A stretch of 64,000 nt of DNA from Hydrolagus colliei (taxonomy: Eukaryota): the NCBI GenBank assembly GCA_035084275.1, contig CM068745.1, positions 32,178,001 through 32,242,000 on the forward strand, in the 5' to 3' direction. Position numbers and translations under genes: made by a program. Position 1 is the first letter of the stretch. Every line of letters begins with the position of its first letter. Below are positions 35,899 to 48,799 of the stretch, piece after piece. The notes under the pieces are model-generated. The model was not told the origin of the DNA and searched no databases. It saw only the letters and a program-made list of their open reading frames with translations.

Positions 35899-36231
35899 CA
35901 GTAGAAGCCCGTTTATCCGTGACCCGATTAACCGGATTGCTCGACCCCCTCCCAGGACAATTCCCCATTGTGGATGCTCGCAATGTGTGCGCATGAGCAC
36001 TTATTAAACTTACAAACTTGGAGGTTTTTACTGAGTGTGCTGAAATCTTTATTGTTAGTAGCTATAAAATATTCCTTTACTATTTAGTATATTATTAATA
36101 TAGTATGTTTTTAAAATAAGTACATTTTTTGTGTTGGGTTTTCGGCAATTTGCCACCCGATTATCCGGCACAATCAATTAGTCGACCCCCCCCACCCCCC
36201 CTGAGCGTGCCGGATAAACGGGCTTCTACTG
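35899..36231. mobile_element. Tigger/pogo-like MITE with perfect 21-bp TIRs
   Basis: TA|CAGTAGAAGCCCGTTTATCCG ... CGGATAAACGGGCTTCTACTG|TA. Confidence 0.92.
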
Positions 36232-36564
36232 TACTTTATAGTTGACAAAAAAAAAAAAGAAACAGCAACAGGTTTGATAAAAAAAAATTTAACTCACTGA
36301 TGCAGCGTGAGTTAATGTTATTGCAGGGCCCAGGAAATAATACAACTCTTCAAAGATTCTAGCCTTTTGAGTTTGCACTTAATGTTGCTGGACTGGTACT
36401 AAAGTTTGAATAATCCTTGCAGTTGATATATTCCAACATATACCTCGTAATCTAATAAATTAGATTATCTAACCTTATTATTACATGTCTCAAAGCTGCA
36501 GAGTTTTGTGTAAATTGCAGGGACTATTACCATAAGAAATGTACAAATTTATTACACTACTCAC

Positions 36565-36721
36565 CTGGAGGATCTGGTAAGCTACAGGACAGGAACTGAA
36601 AAGGGCTACCATGCATTTAATACATTGATACGCTCTCTTCTGATAGTGGTTTTTAGAACGCTGAATGGTGTCAAATAGCCCATCCCTGTCATCAGGAATC
36701 CCCTTTAAGGCATTATGAATC
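36565..36721 (-). CDS. usp9x: usp9x exon
   Basis: [52 protein letters not shown]; 157 nt. Confidence 0.97.
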
Positions 36722-37525
36722 CTACAGGAAAAGCACAATTCACATTACGTTAGAGTGGAGACATAGATCACAATTGTTTTGAGCAATGACAACAAAATCT
36801 ACACATGAGCATTCGATTTATATACATTGTAGTCCTTTTTACAAAGAATGTTCTTCACAATTCCTCTGTATATTTACCATATATATATATACATTATACT
36901 ATATATTTGAAAGTTATATCAATTGAGCCAGGCTGACACAAATGGGGAGGGTTAGGGTTATCTGCGGAAGGCCAGATGTCGAATTTGCAAAAGATTCACA
37001 AAAGCAAAAAATTTACACAGAAATTTACACTTCTCACATCAGAATGACAGTATAATGTACAAAGAACTAATAGGTTTTCACATGCCTTGAAACAGGGCAG
37101 GGAAGGAGCGAGTTGGAGGGACTCTGGCAATGGAATTCCAGAGATGGGGGGAAAATGGCAATGGAGCTCCAGAGATTGAAGGGAAAATGGCACGAGTGGA
37201 ACAGTTGGGGGGACATGAAGCAAGCTGATGATAGCTGGGCAAAGGGAATGTCTGGGTCACAAAATTACAGAGGTATGGTGGAGAGAGGAGCGGATGATGT
37301 TGATGGGGTGGGGGGAAGTAAAGTGCACGGCATAGTGCTTGATGTCTGTCTTCCGGACATAAGTCATGCATAGTATATAATATGCATTTAATAAATGTTG
37401 TAAATTTATTGTTACAATATTAAGATAATTTAGCTTCCCCTCAAATTCCAAAATACATTTCGCAGCTCTTGGTTTACTATGTGCTAAATTTCAGCCCCAT
37501 TGTACAGAGGCATGTAGACACTAAC

Positions 37526-37614
37526 CTGTGGGTTTGCCAAGAATCCTCTATTAGCAAGATTTGCAGCAGAAGATCTAAATAGGGTCTAAGCTCATAGGTA
37601 TAAGAATATGCCAC
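37526..37614 (-). CDS. usp9x: usp9x exon
   Basis: [30 protein letters not shown]; 89 nt. Confidence 0.97.
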
Positions 37615-38451
37615 CTGTGGAATGAAATCAAACAAAGTCATGCCACATTTTCTGTTTAAGTTGCTTTGAAAGAACATCTTAAAATATGTAAATATAATTT
37701 AAGTCTCACACAAGCAATTCTAAAGGACCATACAATTTTACTTCAAAGCTTTTAAACTCAATATAAAAAGTGTTATTATTCATTGTAACAAAAACATTCT
37801 ACCTAATCGAGGAAAGGATTCCACACAAACATATGGTAGCTATGCATTTGTAATTTCTCATAATATTTACATGTTTCAGCCCTATATAAAGACATGACTT
37901 TGTTTTGATTGCAATTCCCCTAAAACACCTTAATGTGCTTCACAACTCCAGAAAATACTTAAAACCAGAAAATCTAAGGATGGTGAAGAGCAGGACTGTC
38001 TGTGTGAAACACCCTCTTTTGAGAAAAGAGTAGATTTGCTTTGTTCTTCGAATGTAATCTTTCAACAACAACCAAAACAATTATACTTGTATAGCGCCCT
38101 TCACGTCAGGAGGACGTCCTAGGGTGCTATCAAACATAGATCACAGGTGGACCAGCAAAGCAATGGCAAGAAATGAATTGTAATTCGCATACAATGAACT
38201 AAAATTCGCCCACAAAATATAGTCAATTCACATTGCAGTACATTCTGTGAAGCGCTTTAAGATGTCCTGAAGGCATGATAAGGCGCTAAATCAGATTATT
38301 ATTATTAAATTATTATTACAACTGCTGGAAATCCCGAAAGCACACCAGGTTGGTCACCCATTAGAAAATCTGATGGTCTAATTAATAAAAGACAATTTTT
38401 TCTAATATTTATTGATTTCCTTTTCATTAAGCTTTTTGAACAATTCCATAC

Positions 38452-38672
38452 CTGCCAGAGGAGTTCACTGAGAACAGTGGAAGAGAACTGTGGAATCTCC
38501 CAGCAACAGAAGCGAAGTAGTTTGATGGTCTCCTCAGAATTGCTGCAGTCTTCAATAATCTTTTTCACATAACTAGTTCGTACAAACAGGATGTCTGCCA
38601 CACTCTGCTGGATAGTCATTATAGGCTGGGACAGGTTAGGATCACCATAGGGGTTTGACAGGGGTGGGTTTC
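38452..38672 (-). CDS. usp9x: usp9x exon
   Basis: [22 protein letters not shown]...[10 protein letters not shown]; 221 nt. Confidence 0.97.
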
Positions 38673-39453
38673 CTAAGAATCAAAATTTCTATTACTTTTT
38701 GGTCTTTAGAATGTGTATCTTCTCTCTAAACAATGAAGTAATTTGGTTGTTGAAATACATTGACCGTGAAATTTTATCTGTTTCAGAATATTGAGTACCA
38801 AAGTTTAAAAGAAATGCCATAGGGTGCACAAAATGACCCCACACAGTAATTTTCTCAAATATGTGAGTTGTTGAAATAATATGATTAGCCTCATTATATT
38901 GTACATATTGCACATAGATCATTGGTTTGGAAACAAAGCATTCTATAAACAAGATCTAATTTTGCACGCATGCAACTGAAACTCAAAATCTAGGAAGAAA
39001 ATATAGCTTACATGGAAAGTTTTCAAGTTGGAATGGGGTAGCTCAGTTTACAGTCACCTAAATTAACATTGTGAATGTGCATATAAAAACAAGATTTCCT
39101 GTTTGTTGATGATACACAGATTTCTAATAATGCCTACATAAAAGTGTTTTATTTATGTATATAAACGAATCCATGTATTATCTGCAAATCAGAAATTGTT
39201 CTTGTTGTACATTATGAGATATCAATATTGCACTCCCCTTTCCAACCTGAAATGTTACCAGCACCATACTCTATTATTTCATACCCTACCTTAACCCATC
39301 CCCAATGATTACCTGTGACAATCAGAAACATTTCAGCTTTATTTTTGCTCATGTTTAAAATTTAGAATACACTGGTCTCCTACTTCTCTGTCCCCCAAGA
39401 TGACCTTCCAAGATTCTAAACAATTTGATCTTTCTGTGCCATATAATGTGTAC

Positions 39454-39639
39454 CATTAATTGAAGTTTGCATCCGTGATGATACATCACAGCAACGAACT
39501 AACTGTGACACCACAGCATAAAGCTTGCCAAGTTCAGCATACTGGTATTTAATAGGAGGACCCGGGCCTTCATCCAAAGCAACAAGCATAAATGTTGCAG
39601 GCACATTCAGTTTCAGCAATTGTGTCTTTTCAGCCACTC
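39454..39639 (-). CDS. usp9x: usp9x exon
   Basis: [40 protein letters not shown]...QTSIN; 186 nt. Confidence 0.97.
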
Positions 39640-40389
39640 CTGGAGAACAGAAAATAAGTAATTTCAGACAACATGAAAAGAATAACCATCAATACATACC
39701 TATAAAATAACAAAATAAAGCAATACCCAAATAATTCAAGTGCATTCAATATTTATGAATATACTGATTTTACTGATTAGGATTATAATTCTGGAATACT
39801 AAATTGATTCTATTAAAGAATAAAAATTCCTAAATTACATCACCATTTGATTTCTGGAACAGGATTTGTTTCTAAATTAATGTACAAGTAAGCAATTTAA
39901 AAATGATCTCTCAATGTCAGTGATCTTATGCTGCTACACAGCTGCAGTATGTGATTGTCTACTGACAAGAACACTGGGCAGGAAACAATAAATTAACTAA
40001 ACCCAGATTGGGAATTTCTGGACTTGTAGTGAGTAACAATATGGTTCCTCAGCACTTCTATCCCATTCTTTTTTAAGATTCAGAGATGTGCGCAAGGCAG
40101 ATATTGCACACATCTTGTTGATGCAAGAAAGGCTGTCAGGTGCCAAAAGGTGTAATCGCTTTTCTTAAACTATTTGAACTATTAGTTAATATGGGCAACT
40201 TGCAGAGGTGTTGTTTGAGCTGACAATTACAAAAAGAATACAAGACTGCAAAGAGGACAATGATGTTTCCTGTTTAGGTGGGATAAATTGCTAAAAGCCA
40301 AGTTTCACAATGGAAGTGATGCTCTTAAGATACATTTTTGTTAGATACATTTTTACAATTTTTCTGAACTTACACTAAGTACACATAGG

Positions 40390-40790
40390 ACAATAACAAC
40401 AAAATTACACTTGGAACTGTCAACTGGCACTAAATTGTCAGGGATCAAGACCAGAGCGTGGGGGTGGGGGGAGGAGATGAGGGAGAGGACAGATGTTGGG
40501 AGGGCAGCTGAAGGCACGGTCGAAAAGTAGAGTCTTCGGTCGTGCTTTGAAAGGAGGGAGCAAGGTGAAGGGATTGTGGGGTGTAGTTCCAGAGGGTGGG
40601 GGCAGAAAGGCTGAAAGCCCAGGCAGGAAACATGGAGCAGGCTGGCGCCTGCTGAGCAGATTCATAGGGGGTTTGCAGGACAGAGAGGTAGGGTGGGGCA
40701 AGGCCATGGAGTGAGGATGAGGGTTTTGAATTCTATCTTCTGAGTGATGGAGAACCAGTGGAGTCGGGTGAGGGTGGGGATGAGGGACGA
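40390..40790 (-). mobile_element. L2 3' fragment
   Basis: PTLTRLHW...IEFKTL and AFSLSAPTLWN remnants; (CAA)n tail. Confidence 0.75.
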
Positions 40791-41010
40791 TAACACAGAA
40801 CAATTGTAATTACTTAATTTTTTTGCCTCGGTTAATGTGAATGTGTCTTGATGTCTCTCAAATAGATTGCATGAAAAAAAAGTATTTAAAAGGCTACAGT
40901 GTTTCTTCATATTTAATCACATTAATTGAAAACAAACATTTCAAAATAGGTGCCAGAAAATAGATGAAGTTAACTCTAGAATTTTTACAGCCAAAGATTC
41001 AGTTTCTTAC

Positions 41011-41140
41011 CCAGATTGGCGTACATAACAAAAAGGTTGAAGTACTGCGTCAAGTGCCTTCCGTGCTCAGATACCTCTCGTCTCAGTAGATTTAGAACTG
41101 CTCTAAGAAGATGATCACTGAGACTTAAATTATCATAAGC
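41011..41140 (-). CDS. usp9x: usp9x exon
   Basis: [43 protein letters not shown]; 130 nt. Confidence 0.96.
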
Positions 41141-42022
41141 CTGGCAAAAAAAAGTTTGTTCCATTCAAATTAAAACATAATGTATGTTTGCACATAATAT
41201 TTTTATAAAATCAGTATCAATGTTGCAGCGCTAACATTAACATTTCTTCTTTATTCCAAAATGTATAATGAAAATGTTATTTCCATTTTATGGTCTTCCT
41301 AATTCACACATCCAACATAATTCACACATCCAATGGGGGGAAAAAAGAAAAGCAATTCTGTGACCCTGCTCTTCGCTGTAAGTGCCCTCCACTCCACGCC
41401 ATACCCATAATTTTCATACACAAGAGACGTCATAGATTGAGCAGGAAGTGACAATAGCAGGGTTTACTGCACTTAGCACAGGAAGCCAACCAGTCAATGA
41501 CCGAAGCCGCAAGTGTACCATGCTTCCCGCACAGTATGGGTAAGGAAACTTGACCAACATTTATACCCGGGAATCAAACTAGGTCTCCCCACTTGCAAGG
41601 CAAGTGCTCTAACCACTAAGCTACAAGACTCCATAATTTTAACATTTTTGAATGGCAAGATGTTACAATTTTGATTCTATCACATTACCCAACTGTTGCA
41701 TAGGTCATAATTTGGGCCAGTTAAGAATTTTTCAAACGATTGTGTGTTTTTTAAGTGGCTTTGATTTGCTGTCTACACTTACACATAGGTTAACATACAA
41801 GGAACTAATTACCCACTTTTCAAATGGAATGTGCCCTCCATATAACAAGGATAAATTAAAGTTAGCCAAATTCCATACAAAATGATCGATGCATTGATGG
41901 TCATTATTTCCCATTCTCAATATGAGATCAGTCACATATTGTCAGTAATAAAAATGAAGAATCTAAATTGAGGGATTTTAAAATACAATAGTTGTTTTTT
42001 TCCATTTTATCAATGTTCTTAC

Positions 42023-42248
42023 CTGACTGGATGGTCCTGGGGAGGCAAAAGGGGAAGGGCATGGTCCATCTTGCAAAGAGAAATGTGCAATAAATACAAT
42101 GAGCTTAGCAAAAGCACTCCTCACTTCTGTACTAGGGCACTCCAGAAGGTACTCAGAGAAGCGATTTGGGTAGGCAAAAAGAACATTATGTGCAAACCAA
42201 TAGCGTACATTCTTGCTGTGGCGGAGCAGGATACACAATGCATCATAC
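42023..42248 (-). CDS. usp9x: usp9x exon
   Basis: [24 protein letters not shown]...[11 protein letters not shown]; 226 nt. Confidence 0.97.
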
Positions 42249-42507
42249 CTTTGGGAGAAAGAAGAGACTGTTTCAATACTAATCATTTATAAACATTTAT
42301 ATATCATAAAATGCACAACAGGATATAATTCTGCAGCTGCAAAGCAAACACAAATCACCTCCGCAACAAACATTTTAATAGTTAAGTATTAATATTTAAC
42401 ATAGCTATACAGTTCTGAAGACACCATTAGAGAAGGTATATTCATCAGCGTCTAAAGCATGAATGGAAAGGTAAAAAGACGTTAAAAAAAAAACACACTA
42501 TGCTTAC

Positions 42508-42631
42508 CATTCGCTTGCTGGACCACGGACTATTTTCTTTGTGTGAAACCCTGTATTGAACAAGAACCTTGCAGCAAGTTGAATACTTATCATAGCCAGT
42601 TCTTCAGCTTCAGGCAATAGCTGATCTTGCC
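42508..42631 (-). CDS. usp9x: usp9x exon
   Basis: [41 protein letters not shown]; 124 nt. Confidence 0.96.
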
Positions 42632-43249
42632 CTGTATCAATCACAAATGTTTATGAGTCAAGATTCTTCCTATATATGCAGATTTTTCCATTTGGAAATG
42701 ATTGAAAAAGCCACATTAAAACCAAGTTTTATAATTCTTCACGTACAAAATATCCCCTACAAGCAATTTTTGTCACAAATGTGCTACATTTTACATGAAG
42801 GTGTAACCTCCATCTTAAGAACATAAGAATTTGCTAGGCAAGAAACTAAGGTCCATTTGGTTCACCTTCCACCATCTTGGCAGCCGCTTGACATGTTATG
42901 TCCCAAACTATAGTATGTATCATTAGATATTCTTTTCTACAGAATTCTACTGTTTACCTAAGGACCTGTTCCATTAGTTTGCTGCTCGATCACTGAAGTA
43001 GTTTGTTTTACTCCAATGTTAAACAGATCAATTTATTACTCTGAAATTGTCCTTCAACAGTTTACAAGGATCAGTAAGTTTAAAAATCTTCTCCACTTGA
43101 GGCTCTGGGATCCACTATGATCTTTGACAGCCTTTTGTACTAACTTTAGCCAACTGGCCAAAAGGTGACCTGCTGTTGTCTGGCAATCAGTAGAGATTAA
43201 TTTTTTTTGCAAAAAAACATTTGCCTAGTTTCTTTTGCTTTAGTAACTC

Positions 43250-43645
43250 TTGGTCTCACTTTCAAGGCCATTCATGGCCTCTCCCCCACCTATCTCTCTG
43301 ACCTACTTACTGTTTCCCTATCAGCCCGCCCATCCCCTCCATTAAGCAGACTCAGGCCTGCTCCGCAACCACCATCGGCGGCCAGGCATTCAGCCTCTCT
43401 GCTCCCACACTGTGGAACTCCACCCTGCAGCCCCTCCGCCTTGCTTCCTCCCTTTCCTCCTTCAAGGCCGGTCTTTCTCTTCGAAGGCGCCTTCAGCTGT
43501 CCCACTAACTCTTCCCCTTCTCCACCACTTCTCCGTATCCCAACCACCCCACCCCCTCCCACCCGGGACCCGACCTGACTGTTCAGTGCTTTGGGACATC
43601 CTCCCGATGTGAAAGGCACTATATAAGTGCAATTTTGTTGTTCTT
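43250..43645 (+). mobile_element. L2 3' fragment
   Basis: LTFKAIHGLSPTYLSDLL; tail at 43585-43642. Confidence 0.85.
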
Positions 43646-43684
43646 GGTCAAATATACCAGGCTCTCACTGTAATGCTTTTATAT

Positions 43685-44095
43685 AGATCACCTTAATCTG
43701 ATCGAGGTTTTTAAAATAATAAAGGGATTCGATAGGGTAGATACAGAGAAACTATTTTCTCTGTTGGGGGACATCCAGAACAAGGATGTTAAAATTAGAG
43801 CTAGGCATTTTAGGAGGCAGCTTTTTACCCAAAGGATAGTCCCAGCGCCTTGGGACGTCCTCCCGACGTGAAAGGCGCTTTATAAGTGTAATTTGTTGTT
43901 GTTTGTTGAAATCTGGAATTCTGCCCCAAAAGGCTGTGGATGCTGGATTCATTCACATCTTCAAGATTGAGGTGGATTGATTTTTTATTAGTTCAGGGTA
44001 TTAAGGGATATGGCAGGTAAGTGGACTTGAAGTACAGATCAGCCATGATCTTATAGAATGGCGGAGGTTCGACAGGTTTAATGGCCTACAACTGT
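43685..44095 (+). mobile_element. CR1-type LINE 3' fragment, split by a ~65-bp L2 tail insertion (43842-43905)
   Basis: LIEVFKIIKGFDRVDTEKLF (CR1 ORF2 C-terminus); 3' end CAGATCAGCCATGATCTTATAGAATGGCGG, also seen at about 19980. Confidence 0.75.
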
Positions 44096-45264
44096 TTCTG
44101 TTTATAATACAGTAACACTTCCCAGCAGTTGAAACAAATGTTTGTGGGGCACTGTTATGTTCAATTGGCTGCCACGTTTCGCCCACAAAATACAATCAAT
44201 TCACTTTACAGTAATATTCTGTGAAATGTTCGAGTTGTCTCAAAGACATGATAAAGCACTATATCAAATGCAATTATTATTATTATTACTTCATGAGGAT
44301 TAAATCCATTCCACCTCTTTTATATCATTGGAGTGATTCACTACTCCCTTCAATGGACCTTAACATATTTTGTGAACCATATTGTCTTGATAACTTCTGT
44401 GACACATTTCTATAATTTTCTGCCTGCTAACCTGAATGCAAAACTTTTGGATGGATTATTTTCTGAAATTCGGTAAGCCTTTGAAAAAAAAGAAAAATCT
44501 GAAAATTAGCAAACAGCCAGGCCTGGCTCATTGGCAGGCCTTGGAATGGCAGACCAGTCACTGGAGGCAGAGAATCCTCTCACTCAGCTCCCGTTAACCC
44601 AAGAAGCCAAAAGCTCTAATGGGTAGGGTGATCCAAGTTGGACAAGCAGCAGGGAAGTTTGCCTGACAGTGTTGTGAATGGCAAGCTATACAGTTTTAGC
44701 TGGTTAAACTGATGCTTACTATTTTGGACAATTTGGCAGATAAACTGTGTTACAACTATGTTACAACTCTGTGTGGTCCAATTTGATCCATCCCAACCTA
44801 AATTGTGTCTGTGGAAGGCCAGCTGTGTCTGTTTGTGTATTTGACCCCCAAATGAGAGTAAGTTCCAGAAACAAAATTGAATTTATGACAGGGCAAGGTT
44901 TCTTGTAATATATAGTACGCTCTACTAAAGCATACTTGATAAATACAAGACATACAAAATTGAAAGTTCTAAATCAAATGAAGGCAAAGAAATTGCATAC
45001 TCAATTGATCAATTAGGAACACCATGCCAAAATCAGGTACCCTAATCTTTTTCACATTAGATAAAAGTTATTTTTATATTGGAAAATTGTTGGCGAGGAT
45101 AGCAAAGAACCTGACAAAAAGTGGTGATAAAATATACACGGGCCATTTTGATTGTACTTTCTTAGGTCCCATGAAACTACTCAAAAGTCCCAGTATTCTG
45201 GACAGCAATCCTCCAGATTACTAGGGGAAAGGGATCTTTGACACTGTACCTGTTAACTTTAGAG

Positions 45265-46250
45265 CAACAAAAACAACAACTTGCATTTATACAGCATCGC
45301 TCATGTAGGGTAGCGTTCCGGAGCGCACGAGACCTAGCCGCTGGAAGGTCTTCAAACGCAACTTGAAGACGGGAAGATAGGGGCTAAACATAGGGATAAA
45401 GGAAGATTATTCCAAAGTTTCAGGGCATGTAAGTGAAGCCACCAATGATGGAACAGAGGGCATGAGAGACACGCAGGAGGCCAGAGACAGTCAAACTGAG
45501 GCAGCGGGTAGTGGGTTGGTGAGTAAGCAGGTTGGTGAGCTAGGGAGTTGCCAGGGCATGAAGGGATTGAAAACAGATGCGAGGAATTTGAAATTGATAC
45601 GTTCGGCAATAGGGAATCTGTGGAGCCCGTCTGGTATCAAGTGAGTATGGAGTTTAGTGTGGGCGAGTATACTGGCAGCAGAGTTTGGGGATCAGATGGA
45701 TCTTGTGCATGATGGAGTTGGGGAGTTCGGAGAAGAGGGCATTTGAAAAGTTGAGTTGGGAGATGATAAATGCATTGAGACCTGTGTTCGAATCCAGGCA
45801 GGTCAGGGTGAAACCTTGGGCAAGTTTCCTTACTCCACGTACACGCTTAATAATAATAATAATAATAATAATCTGTCCCCAAAAAATCACTATAACAGGT
45901 CATTTTCAATCCACGGCTGTTTGTGGGGATGCTGCTGTGTGCAATCAGCTGCTGCATTTCGTCCACAAATATACAAGTCAATTTACTTTATAGTACATAT
46001 TGTGAAGCACTTTGTGATATCTAGAAGAAGTGAAAAGCATTATAACAAATGCAAGAATTATTATTAGTATTGAAGATTGTTTTAGCACTGTCTCAGGCAA
46101 GTTAGGGTCGGAGAGGGCCAATGTGGCAGAGGTGGAGAAAGGCGGCCATGGTTAAGGGACCGGATGTGCGGAAGGACAACTGTGGATTTAATGTTACATC
46201 TGGGTTGTGCACCGGTTCCGGTGAGCGTGAGGGATAGACCGGGGAGGCTG
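45265..46250. mobile_element. L2 fragment (-) interrupted by a DeuSINE (+, about 45780-46047)
   Basis: L2 tail at 45265 with LNFSNALF remnant; SINE has GTTCGAATCC B-box, (AAT)n and a Deu-like domain. Confidence 0.7.
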
Positions 46251-46718
46251 AGAAAGTCAAAGCTGCATAGGATAGAAGACAAAGCTCTATTGAGTAAGGT
46301 AGTCCTAGCTGGACAAGCAGCAGGAAGTTTACCAGACAGAGCTACAAATGACAAGCTAAGGCGGTTATACCTGGTTAAGCTCTTCGCAGTACCCCACACA
46401 CAATCTAGGTTCCCAAGCCTTCGCTTTTGCCAATCTGAGCGCAATATTCTCCAAAATTATATAAACAGGGTGCATCTCTCCACAGAGACATTCCATTCCA
46501 GACTCAGGTAAACTTCTGTGTCTAAGTGTCATATATGTGTGTAACAAAATCAGAACTTCTGCTAGGAACTTCTCTCCAGTTTTGTTGCAATGCCCCCACC
46601 CCAACTTTTGTTTTGGACAATTAACACCCATCCCTCCACCCCATTTTCTCCTTTGTCTTCCTGGCCCTGCATCCCTCTCTCTGCTAATCTTTAAAAGCCT
46701 CTCCCTCCCAACATGCCC

Positions 46719-46855
46719 CAGTTCTGACAAAGCATTGCAGAACCGAAACAGACTCCCTTTCCTTTGTCTATAGATGCTGCCTGACATGCTGAGTGTTCCC
46801 AACAACTTCTGTTTTAGTTTCAGATTTCCAGCATATGCAGTATTTTGCGTTTTGT
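46719..46855 (+). mobile_element. Penelope-like pLTR repeat with a degenerate hammerhead core
   Basis: CAGTT-CTGACAA-...-CCGAAAC-AGACTC followed by the family body ATAGATGCTGCCTGAC...CAGATTTCCAGCA. Confidence 0.55.
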
Positions 46856-47046
46856 TTAGGTGTGTGTGAAACTATGAGTCTTGTTTCAATACTCTTAAAT
46901 ATGATGATGGATTTCCACAGGCATGAAGATCAAAAACAACAACAACTTTGATTTATATAGCGCCCTCCACACCAGACGGCATCTCAGAGCCCCCTGGCTA
47001 ATTGACCATTCACCCCATGACAGTTTGTTGAACCCTGCCTGTGCAA

Positions 47047-47490
47047 ATAATAATCCTTGCATTTGATATAGCGCTTTTCACGTCTTCTAGACGTTTCTAA
47101 GTGCTTCACAGAATATACTGTAAACAAATATACTGAAACAAAAACAGAAGTTGCTGGAAAAACTCAGCAGGTTAGGCAGCATCCATGGAGAAAGTGAGTC
47201 AATGTTTCAAGTCCACAACCCCCTTTCTCCATGGATGTTGCCTGACCTGCTGAGTTTTCACAGCATCTTCTGTTTTTGTTTCAGATTTCCAGCTTTTGTA
47301 GTATTTTATGTTTTGATTCTGTAAAGTGAATTGATTGTATATTTGTGGGGGAAACACGGCAGCCAATTGGGCAGCCAGTGTCCCACTTTTTTTTTTAAAA
47401 AAGGGATTATTATCAAACTTGCCCAAGGTTTCACCTGCAATTGAACCCAGGTCTCTTGCTTGCTCTAACCACTGAGCTACAGGACTCCAC
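47047..47490 (-). mobile_element. DeuSINE interrupted by an inverted Penelope-like repeat (47137-47315)
   Basis: SINE tail at 47047-47125 and head GTCCTGTAGCTCAGTGGTTAGAGC at about 47485; the insert is an inverted repeat of arm length ~60 bp. Confidence 0.7.
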
Positions 47491-47539
47491 GACAAGGAAA
47501 CAAAACAACCTTGAAATGATTGTAATAATGTACAGTGTA

Positions 47540-47870
47540 GTACAAGCAAACCCCGCTTAACGTCGCCTCAGTTAATGTTCTTTCGTTATTATGTTGCTGA
47601 TACACTGGGAACAAATATTCATTTAACATTGCAACGTTCGCTAAAACGTCGTTCAGGGCGGCAGTGAGAGAGTGAGTCAGCTGGCAGCGAGCGAGTGAGC
47701 CTGCAGGCAGTCAGGGAGCGAGTATTATTTGTTTTTTGGAAAGTTTTGATGAAAAATGTCCAAAAGAACCTAACTCAAGTTTTTACATTCATTCCTATGG
47801 GAAAAATATATTTGCTTAATGTCGTTTTGCTTAAAGTCGCACTTTTCAAGAACCAAACTACGACTTTAAG
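47540..47870. mobile_element. Partial Tigger-like DNA transposon
   Basis: Start CAAGCAAACCCCGCTTAACGTCG and repeated GCTTAA(C/A)GTCG subterminal motifs. Confidence 0.45.
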
Positions 47871-48125
47871 CTATAATCCCTTTATAACACAATTGTTGGG
47901 CACCCAATGTCTCAGGCCTTGTCTGAGAAGCCCACAAAGATGGACACCAAGCTGTTATGGTCATTTTCTGCTTGTGAAGTCAGTGATACCGACTGCATTT
48001 GTAAAGCAAATGCTGACAGCCCGGAAATCTGCCCTTTTCTGTTTCTTATTAAAAGTGTGCAGAATGCTTGCACGTTTTATACTAGCCCAGATCCACAAGG
48101 CACCTGCCTTAAACAGTGTACTTGT

Positions 48126-48452
48126 GAGTCCTCGTGTCGTATAGCTCAGTAGTTGGAGCACTCACCTAATAAGTGAGAGACCTGGGATTGATTCCAGGCA
48201 GGGTGAAACCATGGGCAAGTTTCCTTACTCCACACACCTGATAATAATCCCTCAAGAAAAAAGAATAATTGGTCATTTCAAACCACGACTGTTTGTAGGA
48301 CACTGCTGTGCACCATTGGCTGCTGTGTTTCACCCACAAATATACAGTTAATTACACGTAGTGTATTCTATGTATTCTGTGAAGCACTTCTAGGAAGAGA
48401 CGTCTAGAACATGTGAAAAGCACTTTATCAAATGCAACACTTATTATTATTA
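48126..48452 (+). mobile_element. Full-length short DeuSINE
   Basis: A-box TAGCTCAGTAG, B-box-like GATTGATTCC, Deu-like CTGTTTGTAGGACACTGCTGTGCACCATTGGCTGC, and (ATT)n tail. Confidence 0.8.
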
Positions 48453-48799
48453 TAACAGGGATCATTTGAATAAAGTGTGCCAAACTCATAAAATAAACTG
48501 ATAAAACAAGAAACATTTGGTATTCAAAGCAAGACACATTTTCTCCAATAAAATAGGTTCTTTTTACTCAGTTCCAGTAAACCCTGCAAGCCAAAGCCCA
48601 TATAGGTAGGGTGGACCTAGCTGGATAAGCAGGAATTTTGCCAGAAAGGGCTTTCAATGAGCCTAATCAAAACAAATAAACCAATTCAAAGCCATCTCAC
48701 TGGTGTTTACAATTACCCAACAATTCAAAAGCTATGATTCACCTTAAGTTTAAAAGAATTATACAATCTGCATAAGGAAAAAAGACATGTGCTGCATTA

